Shown: in pieces, positions 25,654 through 38,079 of the stretch
Layout of the letters: every line of letters starts with the position of its first letter
How positions within the stretch are numbered: position 1 is the first letter of the stretch
Assembly: GCF_963921235.1 (NCBI RefSeq)
Contig: NC_086108.1
Span: forward strand, 61,320,001-61,384,000
Source: Mobula hypostoma
Taxonomy: Eukaryota
Length of the DNA stretch: 64,000 nt
Direction: 5' to 3'
Notes under the pieces: model-generated
Database searches by the model: none
What the model saw: only the letters and a program-made list of their open reading frames with translations
Told to the model about the DNA's origin: nothing
Position numbers and translations under genes: made by a program

Positions 25654-27505
25654 TCAGAACACTCTGCTCTCTACTCCCTCCGCACTAATCCTAACCTTAT
25701 TATTAAACCTGCCGATAAGGCGGGTGCTGTTGTAGTCTGGCGTACTGACCTCTACCTTGCCGAGGCACAGCAACAACTCGCGGATACCTCCTCTTATTTA
25801 CCCCTCGATCTTGACCCCACTAAGGAGCACCAGGCCATTGTCTCCCACACCATCACCGACTTTATCCGCTCAGGGGATCTCCCATCCACTGCTATCAACC
25901 TTATAGTTCCCACACCTCGCACTTCCCGTTTCTACCTCCTACCCAAGATCCACAAACCTGCCTATCCTGGCTGACCTATTGTCTCAGCTTGCTCCTGCCC
26001 CACTGAACTCGTTTCTGCATACCTCGACATGGTTTTATCCCCCCTTATTCAATCCCTTCCGACCTATGTTCGTGATACTTCCCACGCTCTTAAACTTTTC
26101 GATGATTTTAAGTTCCCTGGCCCCCACCGCTTTATTTTCACCATGGATGTCCAGTCTCTATATACTTCCATCCCCCATCAGGAAGGTCTCAAAGCTCTAC
26201 GCTTCTTTTTGGATTCCAGACCTAATCAGTTCCCCTCTACCACCACCCTGCTCTGTCTAGCGGAATTAGTCCTTACTCTTAATAATTTCTCCTTTGGCTC
26301 CTCCCACTTCCTCCAAACTAAATGTGTAGCTATGGGCACCCGTATGGGTCCTAGCTATGCCTGCCTTTTTGTTGACTTTGTGGAACAATCTATGTTCCGT
26401 GCCTATTCTGGTATCTGTCCTCCATTTTTCCTTCGCTACATCGACGACTGCATTGGCGCTGCTTCCTGCACGCATGCAGAACTCGTTGACTTTATTAACT
26501 TTGCTTCCAACTTTCACCCTGCCCTCAAGTTTACCTGGTCCATTTCCGACACCTCCCTCCCCTTTCTAGATCTTTCTGTCTCTGTCTCTGGAGACAGCTT
26601 ATCCACTGATGTCTACTGTAAGACTACTGACTCTCACAGCTATCTGGACTATTCCTCTTCTCACCCTGTCTCTTGCAAAAACGCCATCCCCTTCTCGCAA
26701 TTCCTCCGTCTCCGCCACATCTGCTCTCAGGATGAGGCTTTTCATTCTAGGACGAGGGAGATGTCTTCCTTTTTTAAAGAAAGGGGCTTCCCTTCCTCCA
26801 CTATCAACTCTGCTCTTAAACGCATCTCCCCCATTTCACGTACATCTGCTGTCACTCCATCCTCCCGCCACCCCACTAGGAATAGGGTTCCCCTGGTCCT
26901 CACCTACCACCCCACCAGCCTCCGGGTCCAACATATTATTCTCCGTAACTTCCGCCACCTCCAACGGGGTCCCACCACTAAGCACATCTTTCCCTCCTCC
27001 CCTCTCTCTGCATTCCGCAGGGATCGCTCCCAACGCAACTCCCTTGTCCATTCGTCCCCCCCATCCCTCCCCACTGATCTCCCCCCCTGGCACTTATCCG
27101 TGTAAGCGGAACAAGTGCTACACATGCCCTTACACTTCCTCCCTTACCACCATTCAGGGCCCCAAACAGTCCTTCCAGGTGAGGCAACACTTCACCTGTG
27201 AGTCGGCTGGGGTGATATATTGCGTCCGGTGCTCCCGATGTGGCCTTTTATATATTGGCGAGACCCGACGCAGACTGGGAGACCGCTTTGCTGAACATCT
27301 ACGCTCTGTCCGCCAGAGAAAGCAGGATCTCCCAGTGGCCACACATTTTAATTCCACATCCCATTCCCATTCTGACATGTCTATCCACGGCCTCCTCTAC
27401 TGTAAGGATGAAGCCACACTCAGGTTGGAGGAACAACACCTTATATTCCATCTGGGTAGCCTCCAACCTGATGGCATGAACATCGACTTCTCTAACTTCC
27501 GCTAA
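25654..27505 (+). pseudogene. PLE reverse transcriptase plus GIY-YIG endonuclease ORF (5'-truncated, one stop, one frameshift)
   Basis: IIKPADK, FYLLPKIHKP, TMDVQSLYTSIP, VAMGTRMGPSYA, RYIDDC and LPFLDL. An in-frame TGA at 25972-25974 replaces the R of PGRP. A +1 C in the run at 27081-27087 shifts the frame before the GIY-YIG domain. Confidence 0.95.
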
Positions 27506-27805
27506 TGCCCCACCTCCCCCTCATACCCCATCTGTTACTTATTTTTATACACACATTCTTTCTCTCACTCTCCTTTTTCTCCCTCTGTCCTTCTGAATAT
27601 ACCCCTTGCCCATCCTCTGGGTCCCCTCCCCCCCACCCCCCGTCTTTCTTCCCGGACCTCCTGTCCCATGATCCTCTCGCATCCCTTTTGCCTATCACCT
27701 GTCCAGCTCTCGGCTCCATCCCTCCCCCTCCTGTCTTCTCCTATCATTTTGTATCTTCCCCTCCCCCTCCAACTTTCAAATCCCTGACTCACTCTTCCTT
27801 CAGTT

Positions 27806-27841
27806 AGTCCTGACGAAGGGTTTCGGCCTGAAACATCGACT
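27806..27841 (+). ncRNA. Minimal type-I hammerhead ribozyme motif in the PLE 3' region
   Basis: AGTC-CTGACGA-AGG(GTTTCGG)CCT-GAAA-C-ATC-GACT has core boxes CUGANGA and GAAA, stem I AGTC/GACT, stem II AGG/CCT and an NUH triplet AUC. Activity cannot be judged from sequence. Confidence 0.8.
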
Positions 27842-28029
27842 GCACCTCTTCCTAGAGATGCTGCCTGGCCTGCTGCGTTCACCAGCAACTTTTATAATAG
27901 AATTGTGCTGGATTCACAATGTCAGAATCCTCGGATCAATCTACTTCCATCTTCAGTGTTGTATTCAAATTCTATGAAGATTTTATCTTAAAATTTGATA
28001 TTTAAGTCTTCAATTTAGGTTTAATTATT

Positions 28030-28230
28030 TAGAGCTACTGCGGGGAACAGGCCTTACTAGCCCAATGAGCTGCACATCACAGCAACCCAACTATTGAACA
28101 CTAGCTTAATCACAGGACAATTTACAATGATCAATTAACATTCTTTTCAGTACGTCTTTGGACTGTGGGAGGAAACTGCAGCACGCAGGAGAAACCCACG
28201 CAGTCACAGGGAGAACATTCAAACTCTGCC
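28030..28230 (-). mobile_element. V-SINE-like fragment
   Basis: GTACGTCTTTGGACTGTGGGAGGAAAC...AAACCCACGCAGTCACAGGGAGAAC is the reverse complement of the V-domain seen at 10745-10810. Confidence 0.82.
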
Positions 28231-28267
28231 ACAATCAGAGACTTGGAATTATCCCTGATAATCCCTG

Positions 28268-29155
28268 GAGGGGCAGGTAGTGTTGAGAAAACAGAAAGGC
28301 TGCCAAAGGATTTAGAAAGATTTGGAGAATGGGCAAGAAAGTGGCAAATTAAATACAATGTTGGAAAATGCATTGTCATGCACTTTGGTAGAAGAGATAA
28401 ATGTGCAGCCTATTTTCTAAATAGGGAGAAAGTCCAAGAATCTGAGATGCAAAGGGACTTGGGAGTCCTTGCGCAGAACACCCGAAGGGTTAACTTGCAG
28501 GTTGAGTCAGTGGTGAGGAAGGCAAATGCAGTGTCAGCATTCATTTCAAGAGCTCTAGAATATAGGTGCAGGGATATGATGCTGCGGCTTTATCAGGCAC
28601 TGGTGAGGCCTCACCCAGAGCATTGTGAACAGTTTTGGGCTTCTCACCTAAGAAAAGATGTGTTGGCATTGGGGAGGGTCCAGAGGAGGTTCACAAGGAC
28701 GATTCCAGGAATGAAAGGGTTATCATATGAGGAACATTTGATGGCTTTGGGCCTGTACTCGCTTAAGTTTAGAAGGATGAGAGGGGATCTCATTGAAACC
28801 TTTCAAATGTTGAAAGGCCTGGACAAGTAGATATGGAAAGGGGAGTCTAGGACAAGAGGGGACAGCCTCGGAATAGAAAGGTATCCATTAAATCAGAGAT
28901 ATGAGAAGCTTCTTTAGCCAGAGGGAAGTGAACTTGCGAAATTTGTTACCACAGGAAGCAGTGGAGGGCAGGTTGTTAGGTGTATGTAAGGTGGAGATTG
29001 ATGGGTTCTTGATTGGCCACGACATCGAAAGTTATGGGGAGAAGGCCTTGGAGTAGAGCTGAGGAGGGGAAAATCAGTTTAGCCATGACTGAATGGCAGA
29101 GCCGATTCGATGGGCCAAATGGCCTAATTCTGCTCCTATGTCTTATGGTCATGGT
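28268..29155 (+). mobile_element. 5'-truncated CR1 LINE
   Basis: KWQIKYNVGKC, QRDLGVL, ALVRPHPEHCEQFW and RRMRGDLIETF. The 3' end is GGGCCAAATGGCCTAATTCTGCTCCTATGTCTTATGGTC. Confidence 0.93.
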
Positions 29156-32024
29156 TTTTTTATGTTGGCTCTATCAGCCACACAAATATGGTGACTGCAG
29201 AAGCTGAGGATTCTGCTGCAAGTGACTCACCTCGTGACTCCGCAGACTGATTTTATTACCTCAAGTCAAGTGTGTAATTTAACACTTCATATTTACCCTC
29301 TCAGGGCTGTAGTAATAGCCCTTGAGAAGTTCAAAAACATCCAAGATAAAACAAACCAATGGTTTCTCACGCACCATTATCAGCTTATTTCTTATTATTC
29401 CTATTCAGCTTATTCTTATTAATATATTTTATTGTCTTTAACAAAACTCACAATCCAGGGGACTAATAGGTCTGTATAACTCCCTTACTTTGTTATGGTG
29501 ATAGCTTTACTGATGCTAATTATGATGTCCCTGCACTAAAGTTAACTTGTTGATTGTGCTTCTCCCTGTTTCTGTATCTTTTCTAAAACTATGGTAGTGC
29601 GTCCTGTATTTTTCTTCCTTCCACCAATGGCCAACTGGAGATTCAGAGTGTACCAGCCACATGATGCACAATAGCAAATCACTGAAGGCTCTTGGCCAAC
29701 TCGTTACAAATCCATTACAAATAAAGGCATAGCTGGCAGTTATATAGAACTTTACTATTTGTGCATTGTCACCCCTAATCACACACAGCATTGCTTAGAA
29801 ATACAGCACTGATCGCTGCTGCATCAAGTATAACTACACACAGCAGTCTGAGATCCTCCTCTGTAAGTACAACAATATTTCAAGTGGTTGACTTGTCCAC
29901 CCATCATTCAAGGATGCTTATTAATGAGGATTTAAGTCCTTGAACCATGGATGCCATCTGACTTGCCTGCTTGCAAACATGGCTGACCTACTTTTGTAGC
30001 TTAAAGCTGGTTAGGAGAATCAGCAAAAAGAAAGGGAAGGCGGGAAATGTATGTGGGTGACAAACTTAAAAAGAAACTTACACATGGCAGAATTGAAGTG
30101 ACAGACTGAGATCGGCTTTAGTCAATAATGCATGTTTTGAGCTAAATGGGTGTTGGAATACTTTCCAGTGCCCGTGTTTCACAAACTGCTGCACCCTTTG
30201 TAACTAAACACTTCTGGACATCTATCCCAATTTAACTCTTCGTGATGCAGACTTCATCACACGAACCTGCTATACCTCAACGTATTTCTTTGTCCCTACA
30301 TCTTTGTCTCTACTAAACATGCTGAAACCATTTCCTTTTCCAAGATGATAATAAATAGATTACTGAACAATGCTATAAGGAAATGATGAATTGGACTGTC
30401 CGGAGTTCTAATATTACCATTATTACCAGTGGTTTTCCATTATAACGTTGTAAAATTTACTTCAGCCTTTGATTTGCTTAAGCAGGGAAGTAAAAGCCAA
30501 AATGCACTGGGCTTTTGGGCCAAGGCTGACCTTGCAAGAATGGTCAGCTGCAGGATGAAGTAATAAGGTACTTAATTAAAGGCATGCCTTTGCATACTAA
30601 TTCTAAAGCTTCAGAGAACTTCAATCATTTGCTAATAGTATGGAAAATGGCAAGTTCTGCAAATGGAAACACGCTGGCGAGCATTGGCCTTTTTAACCAA
30701 TACCAATGAGAGAGAAAATAAAATGAGACATAAATATAAATTGCACTTCATACAGCAGAAATCTTGCACAACAGCACAACTGGCCGACAGGACAACAAAG
30801 TAAATGTACCAATAAGTTATCTAGATCAAAACGGAAAAATAAAACTAATGCTATTTATAAGGAAACTTAATAAAAATCAGCATTGCAAAGCTATAACTTA
30901 ACACTCCTGTGTTCCATATAATGAAGAAATATGGATTTCTATATAGAAAATAATATATTTGCAACTTATAATAAATAAAGGAATCCTATTTTTAATGTAA
31001 CAGTCCTGTGATACAAATAGGATACTGCATACCTGTATCACATACTGTTGCATTGCATACAGAAATTGTCACGTGCCTCCTCGAGACTCATTCTCTATTG
31101 AATGACTCTATGACTAATTAAGTCAATAATAAAAGATGAGTTTGTAGTTACACTGTGACCATAACTGATCATTCTTCTAAGATCAGTTAATAAAAGTATA
31201 CTGGAACTAATTACTATTTTATGATTTATATTATATTATATTATTGTTTCTCCTCATTGTTCAGATTTTCTACACACACACACAATCTTGAAAATCCTGT
31301 TTGAAAGGATGAAGGTGTTCTGAAGGACAGCACATTAATGACAAGAGAAAGATTAGAAGCAACTAGCTGAAAGAGATAGGAGCAAAATATTCCCATTAAA
31401 TACATCACTGGGTCCTCAGGTCCAGGACTGATTACTGAAAAAAGGTGTACTATTGTTTATTTTCTTCCACAATCATGCACACCTTGTTCAGGCAACCACA
31501 GGCCAGGAGCTTACTGAGTAAAATGTTGTTAGAGTTCATCCACTCAAGACTAATGGAAAAGTCTGCGTACTCCCAGTCAATGCTTGTGTTTGAGATAATA
31601 GGGTTACTGCTGCTTCAAAGAATATGATTCATACCACATTCAGACTTTGAACCTGATATGCTTTTTTCACTTATTCATTTGATCGTTACCTAACGGTTTA
31701 GAACCTAGAGATAAAACTGGACCCTTCCATATGAAGGTTACAAAAATATATTGGCGAGTTGTTACTGAAAAGTTACTCATTATTCACCTCCTTTTCCACT
31801 CATTTGGTTTGTGTCTATCTACCTCATTGCTTCAATTTCTGATTCACACCTCTCAGTGTCTCTTGGACTGAGGGGGAGGCACTGAAAGGTCTCAGTCTTC
31901 AGGAATCCTAATATTTCAGTTACTGGCTCAGTTTTTAGTTTCATACAATCTATAACATTGGAAAACACACTTACATCCTATAAAACATAATTCTGCTTCT
32001 TGTGAAGCTTTCAAGTTTATTATA

Positions 32025-32515
32025 AAGTTCAAAGTAAATTTACTATTGCAGTATGTATATGTCACTATATACTACCCTGAGATTCATTTTCTTGTAGGCA
32101 TTCACAGTAGAACTAAGAAATACAGTAGAATTAATGAAAAAGCACACACAAATGAAGATTGACAAAAACCAAATGTGCAAAAGAAGACAATCTGTGCAAA
32201 TGCAAAAATTACTAATAAATAAATGCAGTAAGTAAATAAGTAATACCGAGAACATGAGTTGTAAATTCTTTGAAAGTGAGTCGATAGGTTATGGAATTGG
32301 TTCAGAGTCGAGATGAGTGAAGTGATTCACACTGTTTCAGGAGTCTGGCGGCTGAAGGGCTGTTTCTGAACCAGATGGTGTGCGACCTAAGGCTCCTGTA
32401 CCTCTTTCCCTATGGCAGCAGCAAGAAGAGATCATTTGCCTGGATGGTGGGGGTTCCTGACGATGGATGCTGCTTTTTTTTTTGTGGCAATGCTCCTTGT
32501 AGATGTGCTCATGGG
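32025..32515 (-). mobile_element. Rex/Babar-like LINE 3' fragment
   Basis: Starts with the AAAGTTCAAAGTAAATTT tail motif and CCCTGAGATTCATTTTCTTG. The body CTGTTTCTGAACC...GGCTCCTGTACCTC resembles the reverse complement of the Rex 3' ORF end (6200-6290). Confidence 0.78.
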
Positions 32516-33404
32516 CCCTTGGTTTTGAATTGGGTGACTGATTTATTGAATGGCTGCATTTGATGAGGTGTAACAGGATAAAGATGACTGGGTGTTACCT
32601 CTGTAAATCTGGTTTGAAAGATACATGTCCTCCCCCTCTCAAGCCCCCCACTTCACCCCTCTCCCTCAACTCAAGGCAGGCGTGGTCAATTTTGTTTGCT
32701 TTGTTTTAAAGCAACCTTCATTACAGAGAAACCACGGTACAGAGAGGTGTAAAGCAGGACCAGATCAGTGACACACTGGAATTAAAATCTATCCTTTGAA
32801 GGAGTATGCATCCTATGGAAAGACTATTTTTAAACCATTCATTATGAATATTAATGAAGATACAGAGGGCTGACTGAACAACCACAGAATTGCTTTATCA
32901 CAAGCAATTCCATATTGAAAGAACTGGAAACAGGCTCACTCATTCAAATTAATTTTACAGAGTTTTATACAATTGAAAGAAGATAATTAATTCATGATTT
33001 TAGCCAGATTTATATTTTAGACTTTGGATAAAAAGGAAGCTCCTATTACCTTACCCAAAGCCATATTTCTTTACAGATCTTGCAGAGTTCTTCATTAAAC
33101 AGGAAATCATTAAAAGGATCTGATTTTAACTTCAATTGGAAAGCTGGTGGCAACAGACCTTTGAAGCAGTCAGTCAGATGGCCAGTAGATTTTGAATGGT
33201 GGGCTTTATTTGAATTTCACTTGGCAGTTATACTGCAACTCGAATCTACCAACGACCCTGGCAATGGCTTCATCCACTATGGTCACTCACAGTGACAGAA
33301 TCAGAGGAAAAGAGGAAATGTATTTATTCTGTTTTAACACAGCCACAGGATGAGTTTAATTTGCCCTTAAAATTCACAGACAGTGAATCCCATTTTTGAT
33401 ATAA

Positions 33405-34003
33405 CATAACAAATAGAAAATGCTAGAGGAACTCAGCAGGTCGTGCAGCATCTGAGGAATAAACAGTTGATGATTTGGGCCACGACCCTTCTTCAGGACA
33501 GGAAAGGAAAGGGGAAGACACCAGAATAAGAAGATGGGGAAGGAGAAGGCTTTCCAGCTTGAGGGTGATAGGCAAAGACATGTTGGAAGGGGAGGGGATG
33601 AAGAGAGAAGCTGGGAGGTGATAGGTGGAAAAATTAAAATGCTGAAGTAGAAAGAATCTGAAATGAGAGGAGAATAGACCATGGGAGAAAGGGAAGAAGG
33701 AAGGGCACTGATAATTTTTCCCCTCCCCCCCTTCCTTTTTCTTTTATTCCCCACTCAGTCTCCCTTTGCATCTTTTTTTCCCCTCACCTGCCCATCACTC
33801 TCTGGTGCCCCTTCTAGCTTAAAGTCTTCCCTTTCCTGCTAACCTCTGTACTGGCTTCTTCCCCTTCTCAAGTCCTAAAGACGGGCCTCAGCCGAAAATG
33901 TGAACTGTTTATCCCTTTCCATAGATGGTGCTTGACCAGCTGATTTCCTCCAGGATCTTATATGTGTTACTCTGGATTTTCAGCATCGGCAGAATCTCTT
34001 GTG
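33405..34003. mobile_element. Inverted-arm Penelope-like 3'-UTR insertion (about 600 bp)
   Basis: A purine-rich antisense arm (33405 to about 33712) is followed by a pyrimidine-rich sense arm ending in the tail. TSD TTTTTGATATAA lies at 33393-33404 and 34004-34015. Confidence 0.88.
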
Positions 34004-35059
34004 TTTTTGATATAAAGCAGTTTTTAATTCAACTGTTCAAAAGATAAACATGTTTACTCTGAAAGATTTTCTGGACATATGGTTCAAACTATTACTAATT
34101 TGGTCAGAAGCATATATCAACATTTATATGAAAAGATCACTTTATGAAAAGATCACAAAATAACATACTTCCAGGACAATAAGTAATTAGTCAATGTGAT
34201 GGCTTGTCTTCAAGCAATATCCTCCCTGAACTTCCCACCTGAAAGGCACGCCGGCTGGGCTTTGGCCCCAGAGATTGCATCCAACCTTTGTACATCAGAC
34301 AACCTTTGCTCTTTGCATGTGAGCCCAGAATCAGAGCACTGAGAAGCTTACCAATCATAAAGGGCACAACCCAACTCAGTTCAGTCTTGACCTTATTCAA
34401 CTGTTCAAACAGAGTCCAGGTAATCACTGGAGATCAGCCAGCACAAGGCATCTGGTTGATTTGCTTCTAAGCCTGGATAAGTGACACCGAGACCACTTAT
34501 TAGCACCGTCTCCCTATCTGAGATTAGTAAATTCCACATTAGAAATATTATTAAATCCACAAGGCCATTTCTTAAAAACAACTATTATTAAGAATGGCAG
34601 AGCAGCTTTACAGCAGTGTAAAGTATGTGAATCACGGCTTTAAGGGTTATTTTTTAATACAGTGAGACCTCAATTAGACCACCTGGACAGGCAAAGCAAC
34701 AGGAACCTACCTTTCTTTTTGGATTCCTTTCTTGTGCCGGCTCTGACAACCTGTTGAACTTCTGTCTCCGTTGACATCCTAGTTATTACTCTGTCCTCTT
34801 CACACACTTCGCATACGCAGGCTCAATGTCGCACTCAGGTTCATTTATGAAAACTCTGTGAAAGTAGGTACCAGTCCAGACACTTCTATCCCAGGGAGCA
34901 CATTTCACTTATTTCTGCTGAGGGCTGCAAGAGAGAAGAAACATTATGACTTTGGAGTACACATAAAATGGGATAATTTTTTCTACAAGAATGAGAACAT
35001 TCGCATGCAATTCATTTTGATTGTATTTGTTTCGAAGAATACTGTTTAGTTCAACTAAC

Positions 35060-36540
35060 ATTTGAGATGTGCAGCACAGTAATGGGCCCTTTGGCACTAC
35101 TTGTTCGGGCTGACTGTGATGCCTATCAATGCTAACTCTAACTTGCCAGAATCTCCCTAATCCTTTCCTATCCAAGTAACTGTCCAAATGTCCAGTTAAC
35201 ATAACGGTACCCACCTCTCCCAATTTTTCTGGAGCTTGTTCCAAAGAATGGCAGATCCCATGTGTGAAACAATTTCCCCTCAGATCTCCTTCAATATTTC
35301 CCCCTCTCGCCTTAAACCTGTGCCCTCTAGCCTAAAACTCCACAACCCTAGGAGAAAAGATTTTGACTACTCTATCAATAGCCCTCATTATTTTGCCCTC
35401 TGCCTCTTATAACTAAGCCAATTTTTAGATTAGATTAGATTAGATTCAACTTTACTGTCATTGAGCCGAGTACAGATACAAAGCCAATGAAATGCATTTA
35501 GCATCTGACCAGAAATGCAAAGAATAGTGTTAATTACAAAATAACTGCAAATAAAAAAGTGCTACAGCACAGAAATATAAAAGTACTGAGACAGTACAAT
35601 ATGGGTGCAATACTGCTTAGCGCTGTGATGAGAGGTTTAGCAGTGTCACAGCCTCAGGGAAGAAGCTCTTCCTGTACCTGTTGGTGCGGGAGCGGAGGCT
35701 CCTGTAGCACCTACTGGATGGGAGGAGAGTAAAAAGTCCATGGTTAGGGTGAGATGCATCCCTGATAATGCTTCCCTGTCCAGGCAGTGTTTATGGCAGA
35801 TGTATTCAATGGTGGGCAATTGGGTGCCGATAATCCGCTGGGCAGTTTTCACCACACGCTGGAGTGCTTTGCGGTCCAATACGGGATAATTGCCATACCA
35901 CACTGAGATGCAGTTGGTGAGTATGCTCTCAATGGTACAGTGGTAAAAGTCCATCAGTATCCTGGGACAGAGGTGAGCTTTCTTCATGCTCCGCTGGAAA
36001 TGAAGGCCCTGTTGCGCCTTTTTGATCAGGATGGAGGAGTTCAGGGACCAGGTGAGATCCTCGGAAATGTGGACACCAAGGAATTTTGGATCCAGTTTGT
36101 CATCACAACTTAAATTCCACGTGCTTTAACTTTCTGAAACATCTTATTATGTAGAACTTGGTCAAAAGTCTTTCTAAATCTATGCTTACCACATTTACCT
36201 TCATCAATTTTCTCTATTATCTTCACAACTGCACAAAATCACACTGACTCCTCCTGATCAGTCCCTGCCTTTCCAAATGAACATGAATCCCCTACAATTT
36301 TTCCAATAATTTCTCTTCAATTGATGTAAGGCTCACTGGTCTACAGTTCCTTGGTTTATCCCTATTGGCCCTTTTGAATAACGGAACAACATTAATTATC
36401 CTCCAGACATCTGGTACCTCACCCATGCAAAGATACAAAAAATCTCCAATAGTGCCCCAGCAGTTTCCCCTCTTGTTTCCCATAGCATCTTGGGACAGAT
36501 TCTATCAAGCCCTGGGGATTTATCCATCTTAATGTATGCA
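35060..36540 (-). mobile_element. Decayed CR1 fragments flanking a Rex/Babar insertion
   Basis: CR1 3' end at about 35060-35400. GEVPDVWRIINVVPLFKRANRDKPRNCRPVSLTS at 36292-36483. Confidence 0.78.
35425..36087 (-). mobile_element. 5'-truncated Rex1/Babar LINE
   Basis: FYHCTIESILTNCISVWYGN...RKALQRVVKTAQRIIG, with an (AGATT)n tail at about 35427-35446. Confidence 0.9.
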
Positions 36541-38079
36541 AATATCTTTTCTGGTCTTCTTTTCTTTTTCTTTTCATTTTTACTCAGTGTATTTAGAACT
36601 ATATTTTAATAATTGCCATATTCTCCATAAAATTACTTAATGATTTTCTGTTCTTTCCCCTCTTCTGTATTGGGAACCATGATTTTCAGAACAGTAGTGA
36701 ATATAGTTCCTTCACATTCTGAGCAGTGGAAAAGCAATTAGGAGCAGAGATCCCAGTTACTTCTTTATCTTTATCTATTTTACAATATTCCAAGTTTTGA
36801 AGCATTAAGATAAATCACAATACCTCCACTGCCATTTTGGATATGGTCATTTAACTCAGCAAAGGCATAGAATCAAATTAGGACCTTGTACAAATTAATT
36901 AAGAAAACCATAGAGAAATGTCTAACAGGGCGTAGTAAAAGAGAATGTACTAACTAGTGATGGTGTGTGAGCTAATAATGAATATTTAATAAAATAAAAC
37001 TTTGCTTTCCAATCATGTTGAGAATATTTTGATTTTCTTTATTAATATTCAGATCATTGCTGCACATCCAAGAAAACACAATTCTTGGTTAATTAATACC
37101 ATTACCTCTCCAGGAAAGCACAAACTACAACAATGGACAGAAATATCACTGTTGATCGTTGACTCATTTGTATATAACAGTATTTCATTATTCTTAATAA
37201 TCAACAAATAGATTACACATCTAATTATAAGCAGCGAGTCTATGTGTTCACTTAAAATACAAATACACGATAAAGGCGCTTACTAAAATATTCTAAGGAT
37301 TCTACAGCACACAGCAAAAAGCAATCCAACCACATCAGAATTTATTTGATGATGATGATGAAATAGTGAGTGATCCTTGCTGTCAACCTCAGACCATTTA
37401 TTATTCCATGTGACATACCTGCAAGGTTGCATTAACTGCAGCAATCAGTATGACCATGTTCATTATGCTGTTACCAAAGAAAGTTCTGTTTAACAGAGGA
37501 CGCAGCTTGACCATCATTATCATTGGTGAAGGACAAACACAAAATACCCAGATGACTTTTATTTTTGGTGTTTTTTTTCATATACTACATGTTGCACTTT
37601 GATATAGAGTCAAATTGTAAGTGAAAGTAGTAACAAGGTTCTTAAAAAAAACAGGAAATTTTATTTTAGCAGCCATTGCTTTGTGTCATAGAGAGAGAAG
37701 ACAGTGCAAGAGAAAATTAAAATGCAAGTGGGAAAATTACATTGTAGTTTTATCATTGGAGAAATACGAAAGAAAGCATACATTACTGACCAGATTAATG
37801 TCAATAAATTAGAAGATAAGCAATAATGCAGAAAGAATGGGCTTTACTTATTTCCTGTCAGAAGTCTAAGGTGTGATCATTTCACTGCAGTGCCTCTAGA
37901 TTATAAAAAGCTAAAATGGGTTATAAGATTATATTTTGATTATTGAAAAGGAGAGGAAAGGTTTTCAACAATAATAGCGTATCTCTAACTAAACCTCATT
38001 TAAAAAAGAACCTGTGAGACAGAACATATCGCAGACAATATGATTTCTTGAGCCTTCTTTACCCTGCAATGGGATTATG

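Larger units (their letters stand above)
24272..27892 (+). mobile_element. Young Neptune-type Penelope-like retroelement: inverted 5'-truncated copy joined to a longer sense copy
   Basis: 24316-25651 is the reverse complement of about 26552-27895, with a unique spacer at 25652-26551. An extra 44-nt tail lies at 24272-24315. An exact 14-bp TSD TATAATAGAATTGT lies at 24258-24271 and 27893-27906. Confidence 0.96.

Noticed and set aside
25972..25974. In-frame TGA in the PLE ORF as selenocysteine or programmed readthrough
   Set aside because: It occupies the conserved Arg of PGRP and is simply explained by CGA>TGA CpG decay; it is not a Cys position.
25597..25974. 125-aa ORF as a novel fusion gene
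   Set aside because: It merely crosses the inversion junction; the first 18 or so residues are antisense PLE sequence.
27081..27087. Programmed frameshift between RT and GIY-YIG
   Set aside because: The inverted arm and the copy at 61720-61740 are in frame here, so this is a private homopolymer indel or sequencing error.
33077..33295. Acceptor-like TTTCTTTACAG followed by a 72-codon open frame
   Set aside because: The translation is unrecognisable and has no convincing donor.
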